Part shown: positions 1 through 12,599 of the stretch, piece after piece
Numbering within the stretch: the first letter of the stretch is position 1
Layout of the letters: each line of letters opens with the position of its first letter
Origin: Eledone cirrhosa
Taxonomy: Eukaryota
DNA length: 64,000 bases
Reading direction: 5' to 3'
Assembly (NCBI GenBank): GCA_964016885.1
Contig: OZ024740.1
Coordinates: 136,090,001-136,154,000 of the forward strand
The notes under the pieces: generated by a model
The model's database searches: none
Told to the model about the DNA's origin: nothing
Seen by the model: the letters and a program-made list of their open reading frames with translations, nothing else
Program-made: the position numbers and the translations under genes

Positions 1-70
1 GGTCCCACGTGCTGGCCGCTCCACGGCCTCGGCGGACAGAGTGGGGAAGACGTTTAGCCGGAGGTAGCCA
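1..70 (+). mobile_element. Fragment similar to the 5' end of the CRE-like element at 59360
   Basis: ccacggcctcggcggacagagtggggaagacgtttagccggagg aligns by eye with ccacagccccggcggacagaatggagaaggcgtttccccggagg (about 59371-59414). Confidence 0.55.
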
Positions 71-771
71 ACCAGATACGTCAACTTCGCATAATATAAG
101 ATCCGGGAGATATATATTTAGCTATCTTTTATGAAAAAAGAGGGCCTTTTTATTCTAGCAAATACGGTGTCTTCTATGAAGAATTTTACAAATGAAATTC
201 AAGCTGGAGTAGTAAGAAGTTTCTGCTTGTGAACATATAGCCTGGAATTTCTTTGAAATTAGTGCGTTTTCCTTCATCACTGTCATTTTTTCCCCATAGT
301 GAACATACATTACTTACTGGAATCAACCAGCTTATGTTACTGTAAAATAAAAAAATATGACGTCTATCTCTTATTGTTTTGTTTCTGTAGAGCTTCTTTC
401 TTTTTTTTTTTGTTTTGTTTTTATGTGTCTTGTGGCAAAATTGATTGGAATGCTACACCGTGATACACGTAGCAAACAAAATGAATGACTGAAAAAAATA
501 CATGAGGCTACTAAACAGTTGTTCTCAATTGAAGTTAAACCAATCTTAACTATAATAAAGAATAATATATGAATTAGCTTCGGGAATTCTTAGCTGAACA
601 AAAACACGCCGCTGTGTTGACACACACAATTACAATTTTATCTCATGATTACAAACGAGTTAAAATGTTAATTATAGATTTCAGTATTCTTTACGTATCT
701 GTGATGTTTCAATTGGTTCGAAATAGAAATCTCTCCGATGTCTATATGAATGTCTATCTGTCTGTATGCAC

Positions 772-1397
772 GTATGTATGTATGTATGTATGTATGTATG
801 TATGTATGTATGCATGTATGTATGTATGTACATATATACATACATATATATATATACATATATACATACATATATATATACATACATATATATATATACA
901 TACATATATACATACATATATATATATATACATACATATATATATACATACACATATACATATACATATACATATATATATATACATATATATATACATA
1001 TATATAAACATATATATATACATATATACATACATATATACATATATATAAACATATATATATATACATACATATATACATACATATATACATACATATA
1101 TATATATACATATATAGATACATATATATATACATATACACATATACACACATATATACATATATATACATATATATATATACACACATATATACATATA
1201 TATATATACATATATATATACATATATATATACATATATATATACATATATATATATATATACATATATATATACATACATATATATATACATATATATA
1301 TACATATATATATATATACATATATATACATATATATATATATACATATATATATACATATATATATACATATATATATATATACATATATATATAC

Positions 1398-1430
<33 letters not shown>

Positions 1431-1690
1431 TATATACATATATATATACATATATATATACATACATATATATAAATACATATACATATACATATATATA
1501 CATATACATATATATATACATATATACATACATATATATATACATATATATATACATATATATGTATGTATATATGTATGTATATATGTATGTATATATA
1601 TATGTATGTATATATGTTTATATATATGTATATATGTGTGTATATATATATATGTATGTATATATATATGTATGTATATATGTATGTATT
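772..1690. repeat. Compound (TATG)/(TA)/(CATA) microsatellite, about 0.9 kb
   Basis: Directly visible. Confidence 0.95.
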
Positions 1691-1692
1691 AT

Positions 1693-2297
1693 GTCAGGTC
1701 ACCAGTTGGTGCTACTGGTAACATGTATCCCAGTACAACCTCTCTCATGGTCGGGTCATTGGCGACTAAACTGGCAACCCCACCAAGGTTTCTTGGTGAG
1801 GAGGGTGACTTTGGACATCCTGCAAGACTAAAAACAAAACCTGTCAAAGGGCAAAGGAGCTCTTAAGAGTCAATGGCCATCCAAAATCACCGGGAGAGAT
1901 GACCCCTTAGCCTTTGTCAAGGCAGAATTCTAGGAGAAGGAAAACTCTGATATAACACCTGCAACCCTGATGGTATCCAATGATGTTGACTTGTTCTTCT
2001 TTTTGGTAAATATCATCTTGGTTAAGAGAGTGGGACTGGCTTTGTGCAGTGCCTTTGCTCACTATTAAAGCTTCACGGCACAGGCATTGCTTTATATCTG
2101 GAGATCTCTCTGCACTTGTCACATGGTACCATGGACCCAGCACTATGTGTCAATAATTGTCACAAGTGCAGTGTTTGTACCAGAGTTTTCAAGTCGCTGG
2201 CTGGACTAAAAAGTCACACTCGTTCAGCGCATCGGTAGGGGTTCTCCTACATGGATATGAAGTAGTGGCCGTACTCGAAAACGAGTTGGCAGCCACC
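1693..2297 (+). mobile_element. Non-autonomous bipartite RTE-derived element, copy 1
   Basis: Near-identical copies at 25432-26037 and 44954-45558. The 3' part encodes HKCSVCTRVFKSLAGLKSHTRSAHR* (RTE/BovB-like C-terminal C2H2 finger), then a hairpin (ctcg-aaaa-cgag) and a (TATG)n tail. Confidence 0.75.
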
Positions 2298-2552
<255 letters not shown>

Positions 2553-3336
2553 AAGGTTACACTATTGCAAGTGCGGCGATAAAATAGTGTTTAAGACGGA
2601 TGTTGTATCGTTTGTTAGTGATATACATGAAATGGGCGAAGCTTGGTAAAGCATGAAATATTAGAGACAAGAGAATATTTAGATTTCTCGTGACAACACT
2701 ATATAAATGTTGAACAGCATCGCGAACAAACGCTGTAATGCTGGTGTTTCATTGGCTTAGGCATGTCATATACTATGATGCAATTAATTAAATATTTATG
2801 GTTTTGTTTGTGATCTTTTTGTTGTTGTTATCGTCGTTTAGCATTAGTACTGTCTAGACATATAATTAAGGCGTTCCAACCGTGATTATTACGTCTTCTT
2901 TCTATATTTAGACTACATATTTAGACTATTTCTGTTTCTTCGGGGACTGGGGAAGTGTGGGATAAGTGGAAAAAGGGTGTGTAATTGGGGGAAGAAGGGG
3001 AAAAGTTACGGAGTAAACTTCCATGATTGGGTGAGATTTGGTCGATAACTCTGATGTTGGGGTAAGTTCAGGTTAGTAAGTATTATCTCTTCCTGTTCTT
3101 ACTCTACTCCCTATGCCAACCCCTCACTTTCCTTTCATTTCCTATTCTTTTATTTGTTGTTGTGATGGTTGTGGGGTCGTAGTACATCACTTTTTGTGTG
3201 TAAGTGTGTGTAGTTGATGTGTTGAAGTTATGTTGCGTGGGTGTAACGTCGCCCCAGCCTGTGTATGTGGTGTGAGTGTGTATGTGTTCGCGCGCTTCTC
3301 TTAGATTGGGGTTATGGTTTGCATTCTAGGTTTCGT

Positions 3337-3386
<50 letters not shown>

Positions 3387-3389
<3 letters not shown>

Positions 3390-3688
3390 GTATGTATAGT
3401 ATATTTTGCAATATACTGTATGTTTAATTAAAAACATTTAGAAGACCATTCGCTATGAGTTTTAAAGTAGTGACTATGTCACTTGCTTATTCTCGGCAAA
3501 GGCAACTGAGTGTGTGGTCTTCATAAATGCTCACAAGCGAGAAACAGACTGTCTGTCGGCCGCTCTCTGTTGTTTTTGCCGAGAATAAGCAAGTGACATA
3601 GTCACTACTATAAAACCCATAGCGAATGATCTTCTAAATGTTTTTAATTAAACATACAGTATATTGCCAAATATACTATATATACATT
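3387..3688. repeat. Fold-back palindrome (about 125-bp arms) with a decayed hammerhead motif in the loop; Penelope-like remnant
   Basis: Arms are reverse complements. The loop has GTGGTC-TTCATAA...GAAACAGA-CTG-TCTGTC-GGCCGC. (TA)n lies on both sides. Confidence 0.7.
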
Positions 3689-3720
3689 CATGTATACATC
3701 ACTATGTCAGAGCACCAATA

Positions 3721-3791
<71 letters not shown>

Positions 3792-4399
3792 CATATATAG
3801 CAGTAAGTTATATGAAGGCTACGGCAATGCAAACAGGACGGTAGAATAAATTGAAGACAACAAAGTTGTTGGTGTGTCACCTGTTATCTGTCCTCATAAT
3901 TTAGGTCCCCTTTCGTCAGATGACTGTAATCAGTAACTGGATCGAAGTTCGTGCTTTTGTTGTTGTTACCGGTTCACCATTTTTCAAACTCAAGAAAGGT
4001 TCTAGATATAGAAGTTAAGGGCCGAAACACTTGCTTGAAGGGGCGTTTCTTCTCTGAAGATCTTCAGCTGTCCAGCTCTCCTAAGCGTTTCTTACCATTA
4101 TTTTCTTCATAGCTTTCTTGTGTGTGTATATATATAGCACATCTTCGTATATATACACTTTGTGTGTATGTGAGTATATCAGCCTCTCATTAAGTTTTGA
4201 GTTCTTTATTTGATTTATGGAAACACTACTAAAAATAATACTTGTGAAACTTGTAATATGTTTTTGCATATTCATTTCCCTTAGTTTTTGGTTGTTTCTG
4301 AAAAATCGCTGAAAGTTAATGCAGTGAGTCCTCATTCAACGAAATTTGACTTGACTTAGATTCATCATTAACAGAAAAAAATTTAATGTTTAGATAAAT

Positions 4400-5399
4400 G
4401 ATAGTAACAATGGAAGCTGCAAGCAAAAAATGACACCGAAGGATAGACTTTCATTTGGAAGAAAACAGCAACAAGCAAGAAAAACTCCCAAAACAAAGAA
4501 AAACAAAATGAATTAGAACAAAGATCAAAAAGGCTTGTTAATGATAGGACAAGGAAAGCAACTATTCGTCAAGAGGAAATAGGTGCACAAAACAGAAAGG
4601 ATGTATCAGATGCACAAAGATCATCAAGGCTTCAATAACAAAGAATTAAAAAATTCACAGAATAGACAGGATGAATCAGAGCAACAAAGATAAAAAGTTT
4701 TCCTGAAGATAGGGCAATGAAAGCAACTATTCGTCACGAGGAACCAGATGTACGAAAAATATCAAAACAGCAAATGGAAAGAAATAGATCAGCTCAAAGG
4801 TGGCATGAAGAATCTGAATCTCAAACAATTCAAATGGAACTTTGCTGCTTTTAATTACAATCTATATCAAGACTATGCCTCAGAACAAAATTTCTACAAA
4901 TTATGGTGGTAAAAATTGAAAAAGTGAGTCAACTGGATTGTGCTGTTTAAATGGAAAGATTAAGTTTAAACTATTACCTGAACCACCAGAACCCTTGAGG
5001 GGATTGCTGATTAATACAACTACTGAATCAAGACACTTTCTTCGAAATATCCAGAAGTAGAATATTGCATTCCAAATGACATCATTTGGTGCAAATAATG
5101 TCATTTGATGCCATGAAGATGGCTTTATGCCCACTTTCAAAATCCAACAAGTGTACCATAGTATTGGACCACTTCAGTTACTTTCAGAAAAAGAACCAAA
5201 ATATTTACAAGTGTATTTCAACAGTGAGATGAAAACCAAAACACAGACAAGATATGAAAGGAATTAAGAATAGAAATCATATTGCAACTACAAGATGTGT
5301 TAGATACAAAGAAAGTTATATTAGAAGTTTCAAGTGTGCCATAGAAAAAGTTTTGAATGAAATTTCACTATTTTACTTTAACCGGGCAACGCTGGGTAA
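4400..5399 (+). mobile_element. Degenerate Helitron Rep/helicase N-terminal fragment
   Basis: Translation CCLNGKIKFKLLPEPPEPLRGLL...SRHFLRNIQK*NIAFQMTSFGA...GFMPTFKIQQVYHSIGPL...EPKYLQVYF matches the conserved Helitron N-terminal region. Helitron-type 3' hairpin ccgggcaacgctggg at about 5382. Left boundary approximate. Confidence 0.75.
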
Positions 5400-6167
5400 T
5401 CTGTATATATATAAAGACGAAGTTTTCTGTATGTGTGTGTATGTGTGTGTGGACAATTTTTAATGAGGGCTCATATATTCTAAACCATTCATGCGATTTC
5501 TTTGAATTTTTTTTACAGAACTTCTCCTTGCACAAAACCCGTACATGATCTACAAAGGCTTTCAACAATCAATATTGGGGTTTTTGGAGACATTAAAAAA
5601 GTTTCGGTTATTTGTGTCAATTTTCGTGATTAAGTAAGACAAGAGTTATCTTTAAGTAAGACAAGAGTTATCTTTCGTAATTCGGCTCATTCGGATTTTA
5701 ATTTACTGTTTGCACTTGAAACAAAAGGTACGCTTCCTTGAGACTAACAATATCATTTTGTATATTTCACAAAGAGCAATTTCTAACAAATTACTAAGTT
5801 AAGTTATAGATTTGACATCGTATAATTTATCGTTTCAAGCTTGATTTTCATACATTAAGTGATGTCATAACTTTTACAATATTATGCTTTATACATAATA
5901 GTGTCTATTATTCACTTCACTTCTCTATTTCATGATCCGCTTTTACTGTTGTCAAAAAAATTTATACCTAGACTGGATTTCTGTTGTTACATGGTATAAC
6001 GGATGACACCGAGCTCACATATTAATTATTTCGCTGGAATAGTGCCTAAGGTTTTCAAGTTTACATAAAGTACGTTTTACTTCTATGTATTCAAATTTAC
6101 TTTGTTTAGTTTAATGAACTACATCGAAATATACTTGAACCGTCCAAAGGACGGGTAGTTTAGCTAG
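5400..6167 (+). mobile_element. Non-autonomous Helitron
   Basis: A|TC 5' end (TCTGTATATATATAAAG), subterminal hairpin ccgtcc-aaa-ggacgg (6140-6154), 3' CTAG|T at 6164-6168. Confidence 0.7.
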
Positions 6168-6169
6168 TT

Positions 6170-6221
<52 letters not shown>

Positions 6222-6223
<2 letters not shown>

Positions 6224-6400
6224 CGAAGGAAATGAGGTACGGAACCAGATGGACCATAACTCAATACTTAGGGTAGTAGAGTGGGTAATAGGAACGAGTA
6301 GGACCCCGACGGCTGAGCTCAAGCCGTTTCGACGGCTAATTCTGGACTAAATTAGCCGTCGAAACGGCTTGAGCTCAGCCGTCGGGGTCCTACTCGTTCC

Positions 6401-6403
<3 letters not shown>
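6222..6403. mobile_element. Palindromic Penelope-like pLTR remnant, family B, copy 1
   Basis: About 54-bp arms around ctggacta; GAAACGGCT-TGAGCTC-AGCCGTC hammerhead 3' half; inside (TA)n. Other copies at 17501, 29548, 61757 and 62079. Confidence 0.7.
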
Positions 6404-6454
<51 letters not shown>

Positions 6455-6470
6455 TGTATGTATGTATGTA

Positions 6471-6512
<42 letters not shown>

Positions 6513-6521
6513 CGTGTGTGC

Positions 6522-6619
<98 letters not shown>

Positions 6620-7679
6620 TTAGCTTCGAACATAGCTGTATACAAATATGTATTTGAATTTCGTATTTCTAAAGAACCATTTACCAATTCACCGCCAGTA
6701 TTGTCCTATATAATTTATTTCTTCTACTGTAGTAGAACTGAACTGATATGATGTTATCAAATATTATATCAACGCATTTTAGCTATTGACAAATATGTAA
6801 ACCAACTGACAAAAGAAAATATATAAAACCAAGAAAGACGTCCAGCACATGAACACGTTAAGACAGAAAAGTGATAAGCTTTTACTTTGGGATAAATCAG
6901 TTATTACACCATTTCAATCAAATTGAAATACTTGGATGTACACAGCAGTCAATGCCAAGCCATATGTCTTGATAACCGTTTTCCTCTTGTGCTCACAACG
7001 ATAGGCTTTAACCTGAAAGACCAGAATATGCTGAAGTCCAAAAACTATAACGTTAAACATGTCGAATCTTTTCATTTCTATTAACATTTATAGCTTCGTT
7101 GATCCCCCGCTTCTCACTCATCATGTAATCGACACATACTAATTCTCCCTCGCTGCAGTATGAAAATATATTGCCTCAGTATGAAAATATATTGCCCTAA
7201 GGCAAAGGAGTAGCAGAATCGTTAGAGCACCGGATAAAATTTGATCCCGCTCTCTGCGCTCTGAGTTCATATTCTGCCGTTGTCAACATTGCCTTTCATT
7301 CATTATCCAACGGTAAAATAAAATATAATCGACGGCAATGAATTAGCGAAACTGTTCAGCATCGAACGGGAAGCTTTGCGATATCTGTACTGGCATTTTG
7401 CGTGCTGAGCACAAATTCAACTTAAAGAGTCAAATCCCTCCAGTGACCAATGTTAATCATTTGATCGCGGGACCAGAAGTGATTATGAAAGCTACAATGA
7501 TTGAAGAAGCATTGTCACCGGTTGCTACTGCTGGTGCTTCTTTGGTTTGAGATTTTAGGTCTGGACAAAAGAAACTAGTATATTTTTAGAAATGTAGTCC
7601 TCATATCAGCTCCCTTATTGATTTGGTTTCTAAATGTTGCCTTGGTTTTAAAATGTTGTCTCATTAAGATAATTCAATT

Positions 7680-7850
7680 TCGGTATTGAGTTACGGCCCT
7701 TTACGTTCTAATTTCAAATCCCGCTGTGGTTAGCTTTGCCTCTCAAACTTACGGGGTCGATAAAATAAGCATCAGAAATAACCGGGTAGCGATTTAATCG
7801 ACTTTCCGCTCCCCATAAATTTGTTGGCCTTGTGCCTAAATTAGAAACCA
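7680..7850 (+). mobile_element. tRNA-derived SINE family A (diverged); further decayed copies at about 7200-7420
   Basis: ttcaaatcccgc B-box-like motif, ggggtcgataaaata core and ggccttgtgcctaaattagaaa tail. Confidence 0.7.
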
Positions 7851-8069
7851 TTATGATAATTATATCTCCTTTCGTCTCATAACCTCTTTTGCTATAAAAT
7901 CAACTGGCTTAGCTGAAACTTCAAATGGATTTTTTAAACTTATTTATAGTTTCCAAAGGAAAATAATGTAATAAAAAATCTATGCAAGTAATTCCAATAT
8001 TGCAAGACAGCATAATTTATTTTAGTCAGATATTTGAAAAATTATAATTATAATTTCATATATATATAT

Positions 8070-8210
<141 letters not shown>

Positions 8211-8364
8211 AAAGAGAGCTAAACACAGATATAGACATATATGTGTTCAAATTGTAAGGGGCCATTCAAGTATAATATACGGCTCGGAAAAATCTCTTTC
8301 CTTGAGCTATTTAATTGTAAGAGACTATTTTGAGTTTCTAACTCAATATATACCTTTGATATAA

Positions 8365-8410
<46 letters not shown>

Positions 8411-8467
8411 TCGATTTAATCGACTTTCACCTCCCCCCAAATTACTGGCCTTGTGCCTATACTAGAA

Positions 8468-8845
8468 ATAATTATTATTATCATTATTATTATTTTCTTG
8501 TAGTCTCAGTCATGGATGTTATTTAACTGGAAAGTTTGTTCAAATGAATATCAAGCCGCTACCTGCAGCCTTAGATATTCAGGACGTATCGGAGGCTCCT
8601 TGCTGTTCCCAGCAAGGATGCCTTTTTAAGTGCTCCAAATATGGGAGCTGGACTAATGTTCTTTAACCATCCTTGAAAACTCTTCGAGATAGTATCTAGT
8701 GCTCCTATGACAATGGGGACGACCTTAATCTAATGACAATCTCAAATCCTTTTTAATTCCCACTTTAAATCCTGGTATGGGTTAATGTTCTCCTCCTTGT
8801 CTTGCACTCTTGTGTCAAAGGGGCAGGCTACATCTACAATCATTA
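8468..8845 (-). mobile_element. R4/Dong-clade non-LTR 3' fragment (REL endonuclease) ending in (TAA)n
   Basis: Minus strand reads MIVDVACPFDTRVQDKEE...YQDLKWELKRI...VVPIVIGALDTI...KASLLGTARSLRYVL*, then a short UTR and a (TAA)n tract. Confidence 0.75.
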
Positions 8846-9096
8846 TGGTCTATGACATTGGGACACACGCATCTCAAATTTCAAATGTTCCAATGCTTCT
8901 GAAGTCAGTCGTTATTTACACATCTAGCTACAGGCTAAAAATCTTCTAAATAGACGGTGTTAGTTGACAGCGGTTCTTTGGCGCAGTGATTAACACACAC
9001 CTTCCTTTATCCATGTTTAATTCATCGCAGGCGACTCTGTCCACTTTTTTCCATCTCCACGGGTACTTCACTCGATTTTCTCAACTATTATTTATA

Positions 9097-9275
9097 TTGG
9101 CAGTATCGGTAGAGGGTCGGACACCATGTTTTGACGCATAGAGTTACGGCCCTTGCTATTCTGAGTTCAAATCCCGCCGAGGTTAACTTTGCCTTTCATC
9201 CTTACATGGTCGATAAAATAAAGTACCAGTAATGCACTGGATAATTGCTGGCCTTGTGCTAAAAGTAAAAACAAT
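9097..9275 (+). mobile_element. SINE family A
   Basis: Matches the full copies at 12109 and 46369. Confidence 0.85.
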
Positions 9276-9435
9276 TATTTATAGTGACCGACTATTATTA
9301 TTATTAAAATCATTTGCGTTGGGATAGACACGTATTTCAAATTTTTCCAATGTTTCTTAAGTCAACCATTGGTTATATATATATATATATATATATATCG
9401 GTTACCCACGATGAACCCGGGATGCACACACACAC

Positions 9436-9510
<75 letters not shown>

Positions 9511-9648
9511 GATACATATATGAGTGTGTGTGTGTGTATGTATGTATGTTTTTTTTTAATTTGTTTGGGCTCATCCGCGATTTGAACCCGGGAGCTCTCG
9601 TACGTTTAGCGAAAATCATACCACATAAACTGACGAACCAACTGTTAT

Positions 9649-10170
9649 GTCAGGTCGCTCTCGAGTGCTACTGGTAACATGTAACCCAGTACAACCTGTC
9701 ACATGGTCGGGGCGTCGGCAACTGAACAGGCAACCCCACCAAGCTAGCTTGGTGAGGAGGGTGATATTGGACACCCTGCGGGATGAAATACCCGGTGAAG
9801 GGCGGAGGAACTCAGCAGATTCAACGGCCATCCAAATAGTACTTTTCCTTTTTTTTTTCACCTGGAAGTGAAAGGCCCTCAGTTGTTGTCACAACACCTT
9901 TCTAAGAGAGGGAAACTCTGAAAAAAAACTGCGGCTTCGAAAGCATCCAATGATGTTGACCAGTTCTCCTTTACGGTTTTAGTGTTTTCGATGCTCAGAG
10001 AGTGGGATTGGTCGAGTGCAAGGCCTTTCCCCACTTAAAAAACCTTCAAAGCACAGGCATTGCTTGTTCAGGTCGGTTACAGGTTCGTGTGGCTGACCGT
10101 AGCTTAAAAGTACACCATTTTCAGTAGTCTGACAAGCGATTGCAATACTCTTAGTAGAGTTTGCAGCCAT
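9649..10170 (+). mobile_element. Diverged subfamily of the bipartite RTE-derived element
   Basis: Same 5' (gtcaggtc...ggcaaccccacc) and 3' (tactc...gagtttgcagccatc) blocks as 1693-2297, followed by TATG/TG repeats. Confidence 0.7.
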
Positions 10171-10249
10171 CATGTGTGTATGTATGCATGTATGTATGTA
10201 TGTTTCTTTGTGTATGTGTGTGTGTTTGTTTGTGTATGCGTTTGTTTGT

Positions 10250-10364
<115 letters not shown>

Positions 10365-10528
10365 TTTCATCCAATGTTCTAAACAAAATACATCAGCAAG
10401 ATATTTTAGTCTTATTTTTTCATTAATTGTTTATTGCCTTTTTATTGAGATATTGAATATTGATAATTCCAATACTTGTCACGGTTTTTTATCATCAACA
10501 TCATCACCATCATCACCACCACACCACA

Positions 10529-10577
<49 letters not shown>

Positions 10578-10622
10578 ATCATTATTATTATTATTATTAT
10601 TATTATTAGGGTGGTGAATTGG

Positions 10623-12102
10623 AGAGGCAAGTCCATGCCGTCCGACAGCGTCGTGGGGCGTTGGACGGACGGACCGGTTAAATTGCTCGGGGTCTGGTTC
10701 GGACCGGACCTCCAGATGGAGAAAAACTGGAACGAGGTGACGAGCAGGGTGGCCTCCCTCACCCAGAAATGGGCTGAGAGGAAGCTGTCCCTGAAAGGCC
10801 GGGCGGAAGTGGCGAATGCGTACATCGCATCCGTCATCTGCTACCGCCTCACCGTCGTCCCTTGCTCCAGCCCAATTCTCACCAAAATGGAGCGCCTCCT
10901 CTTCTGCTTTTTGTGGAAGGAACGCGCTGCCATGGTCAGACGATCCATCTGCTGTCAACACCCGTTGCGTGGAGGACTGGGCATGCCATGACTGATGATG
11001 CGCAAACATGCGCTGAGGCTGCGATATCTCTGGTGCTTCCTTGATGGTGAACGGGTGTGGTCGCCGTTCGCCAGGCACATTTTCCCACAGCTCGTCTCCT
11101 TGACGGAGCTGCAGTCCTGGGTCAGAAAAAGACCGAGGGATAGCGCTTGGAAACTGGAATGTCTCCAGGCGCTCACTGCCCTCTCCCAGTTGGGCACCAG
11201 TATCGGTGGAACATCCACCTCGGCGTTCTATAGAGGACTAGTGGAGGAGAAGAGCGACGACGTTCTCGGAGAGATCCTGGGCGTCGAAGAAGATCAGCTG
11301 GATAACTTCCAAAAATCTCTGACCTGGCAGTGCTACCAGGGAGCGCTGCCGGTTCGAGATAAGCTCTACAGGCACGGAAGTGCCGTCAGCCCAGCCTGTC
11401 CGAGATGCGCGCATAGCGACGAAACCGTTGTGCACGCACTCGTTCAGTGCCCGACCATTGCTGACTTGTGGAGCTATGTCGAACAGTTGCTGTCACGTGT
11501 GGGACTGATCCGGTTGTCGACTGAGTCCATTGTGCAGATGGTCTCGCCCTTTTCCTTTGAGGAGGAAGGGCAGGCGGTTTTCATCTGCCTGGTGGCCATG
11601 GTGAAAGAGATTGTGTGGTGGACAAGGTTAAAAGGATTAAAGACAAACACTTTCCTCTTCGGCGAATCCCTGATTAACTTTTTCAAGTTTCACTTGAAGA
11701 GGAAAATCAGGGTTGAGAGGCAAGTGCTGCTTTCTAGCAAGTTTTTTGAAAGGTGGGTGACTGTAGCGAGAATGGTCAGAGTGAACGGGACCACTCTGAA
11801 TATACGTCTGTAGTTTGAGAGATGGAAAAATTGAGAGAGGGCGCTTGCCCTGGTAGTCAGGGTGGCCGTGGTCTTTTGTGTGGTTTTCGCCACGAGTAAC
11901 CCTCGGAGGTTTCCCCCCTATTGGGGAATTTTTCATTGTTTCAATTTTCATTTTATTGTTTATATATATATATGTTTTATGTCTTTTTTCTTTTCTTATA
12001 TAAATAATAAAAATATTTACACGCCCAAAACCCACATTGTACCGTCCTGTTCCGTCTGTGATGTTTTTCTTGATGTCAGCCCTTGTGGCCAATAAAGAAA
12101 TC
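10623..12102 (+). mobile_element. 5'-truncated Tx1-like (L1 group) retrotransposon, ORF2 C-terminus and 3' UTR
   Basis: WRGK...LSLKGRAEVAN...RGGLGMP* then CPRCAHSDETVVHALVQC (zf-RVT-type CCHC). One premature TGA at 10989-10991; AATAAA at 12091; 21-bp TSD attattagggYggtgaattgg (10602-10622 and 12103-12123). Confidence 0.85.
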
Positions 12103-12108
12103 ATTATT

Positions 12109-12290
12109 AGGGCGGTGAATTGGCAGTATCGGTAGAGGGTTGGACGCCATGTTTTCTAGCATACTTACGTCCCTTTACAGTCTGAGTTCAAATCCCGCCG
12201 AGGTTAACTTTGCCTTTCATCCTTACGGGGCGATAAAATAAAGTACCAGTAATGTACTGGTTAATTAGTGGCCTTGTGCCAAAAGTAGAA
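12109..12290 (+). mobile_element. SINE family A, full length, with (ATT)n tail
   Basis: GGGCGGTGAATTGGCAG A-box-like head, GAGTTCAAATCCC B-box, conserved core and tail. Confidence 0.9.
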
Positions 12291-12323
<33 letters not shown>

Positions 12324-12599
12324 GAAATCATTATTATTATTATTATAGAAATAATAATAATAATTATTATTATTATTAACAGTTGAATTGAAAACATGTG
12401 TTTATTTCGCTCCGAGGTAGGTCGTATTTTTTAAAAAGATGTTTTTAAGCCATTTCGAGCTTTCAAAAATACACAAGTCTTTTTCTGTTGTTACCATAGA
12501 AGGCCCAAGCTCACAAGGAGTTGGTCGCTTATTTCTATTTCTGCCTTTGTCGGCAGGAATTACTGATAAGAAATACCTTTTTTTTTTTTTTCTTTAAAC

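Noticed and set aside
12109-12200. SINE heads as tRNA genes
   Set aside because: A/B-box-like motifs are present but there is no cloverleaf, and they are always attached to a SINE core and tail.
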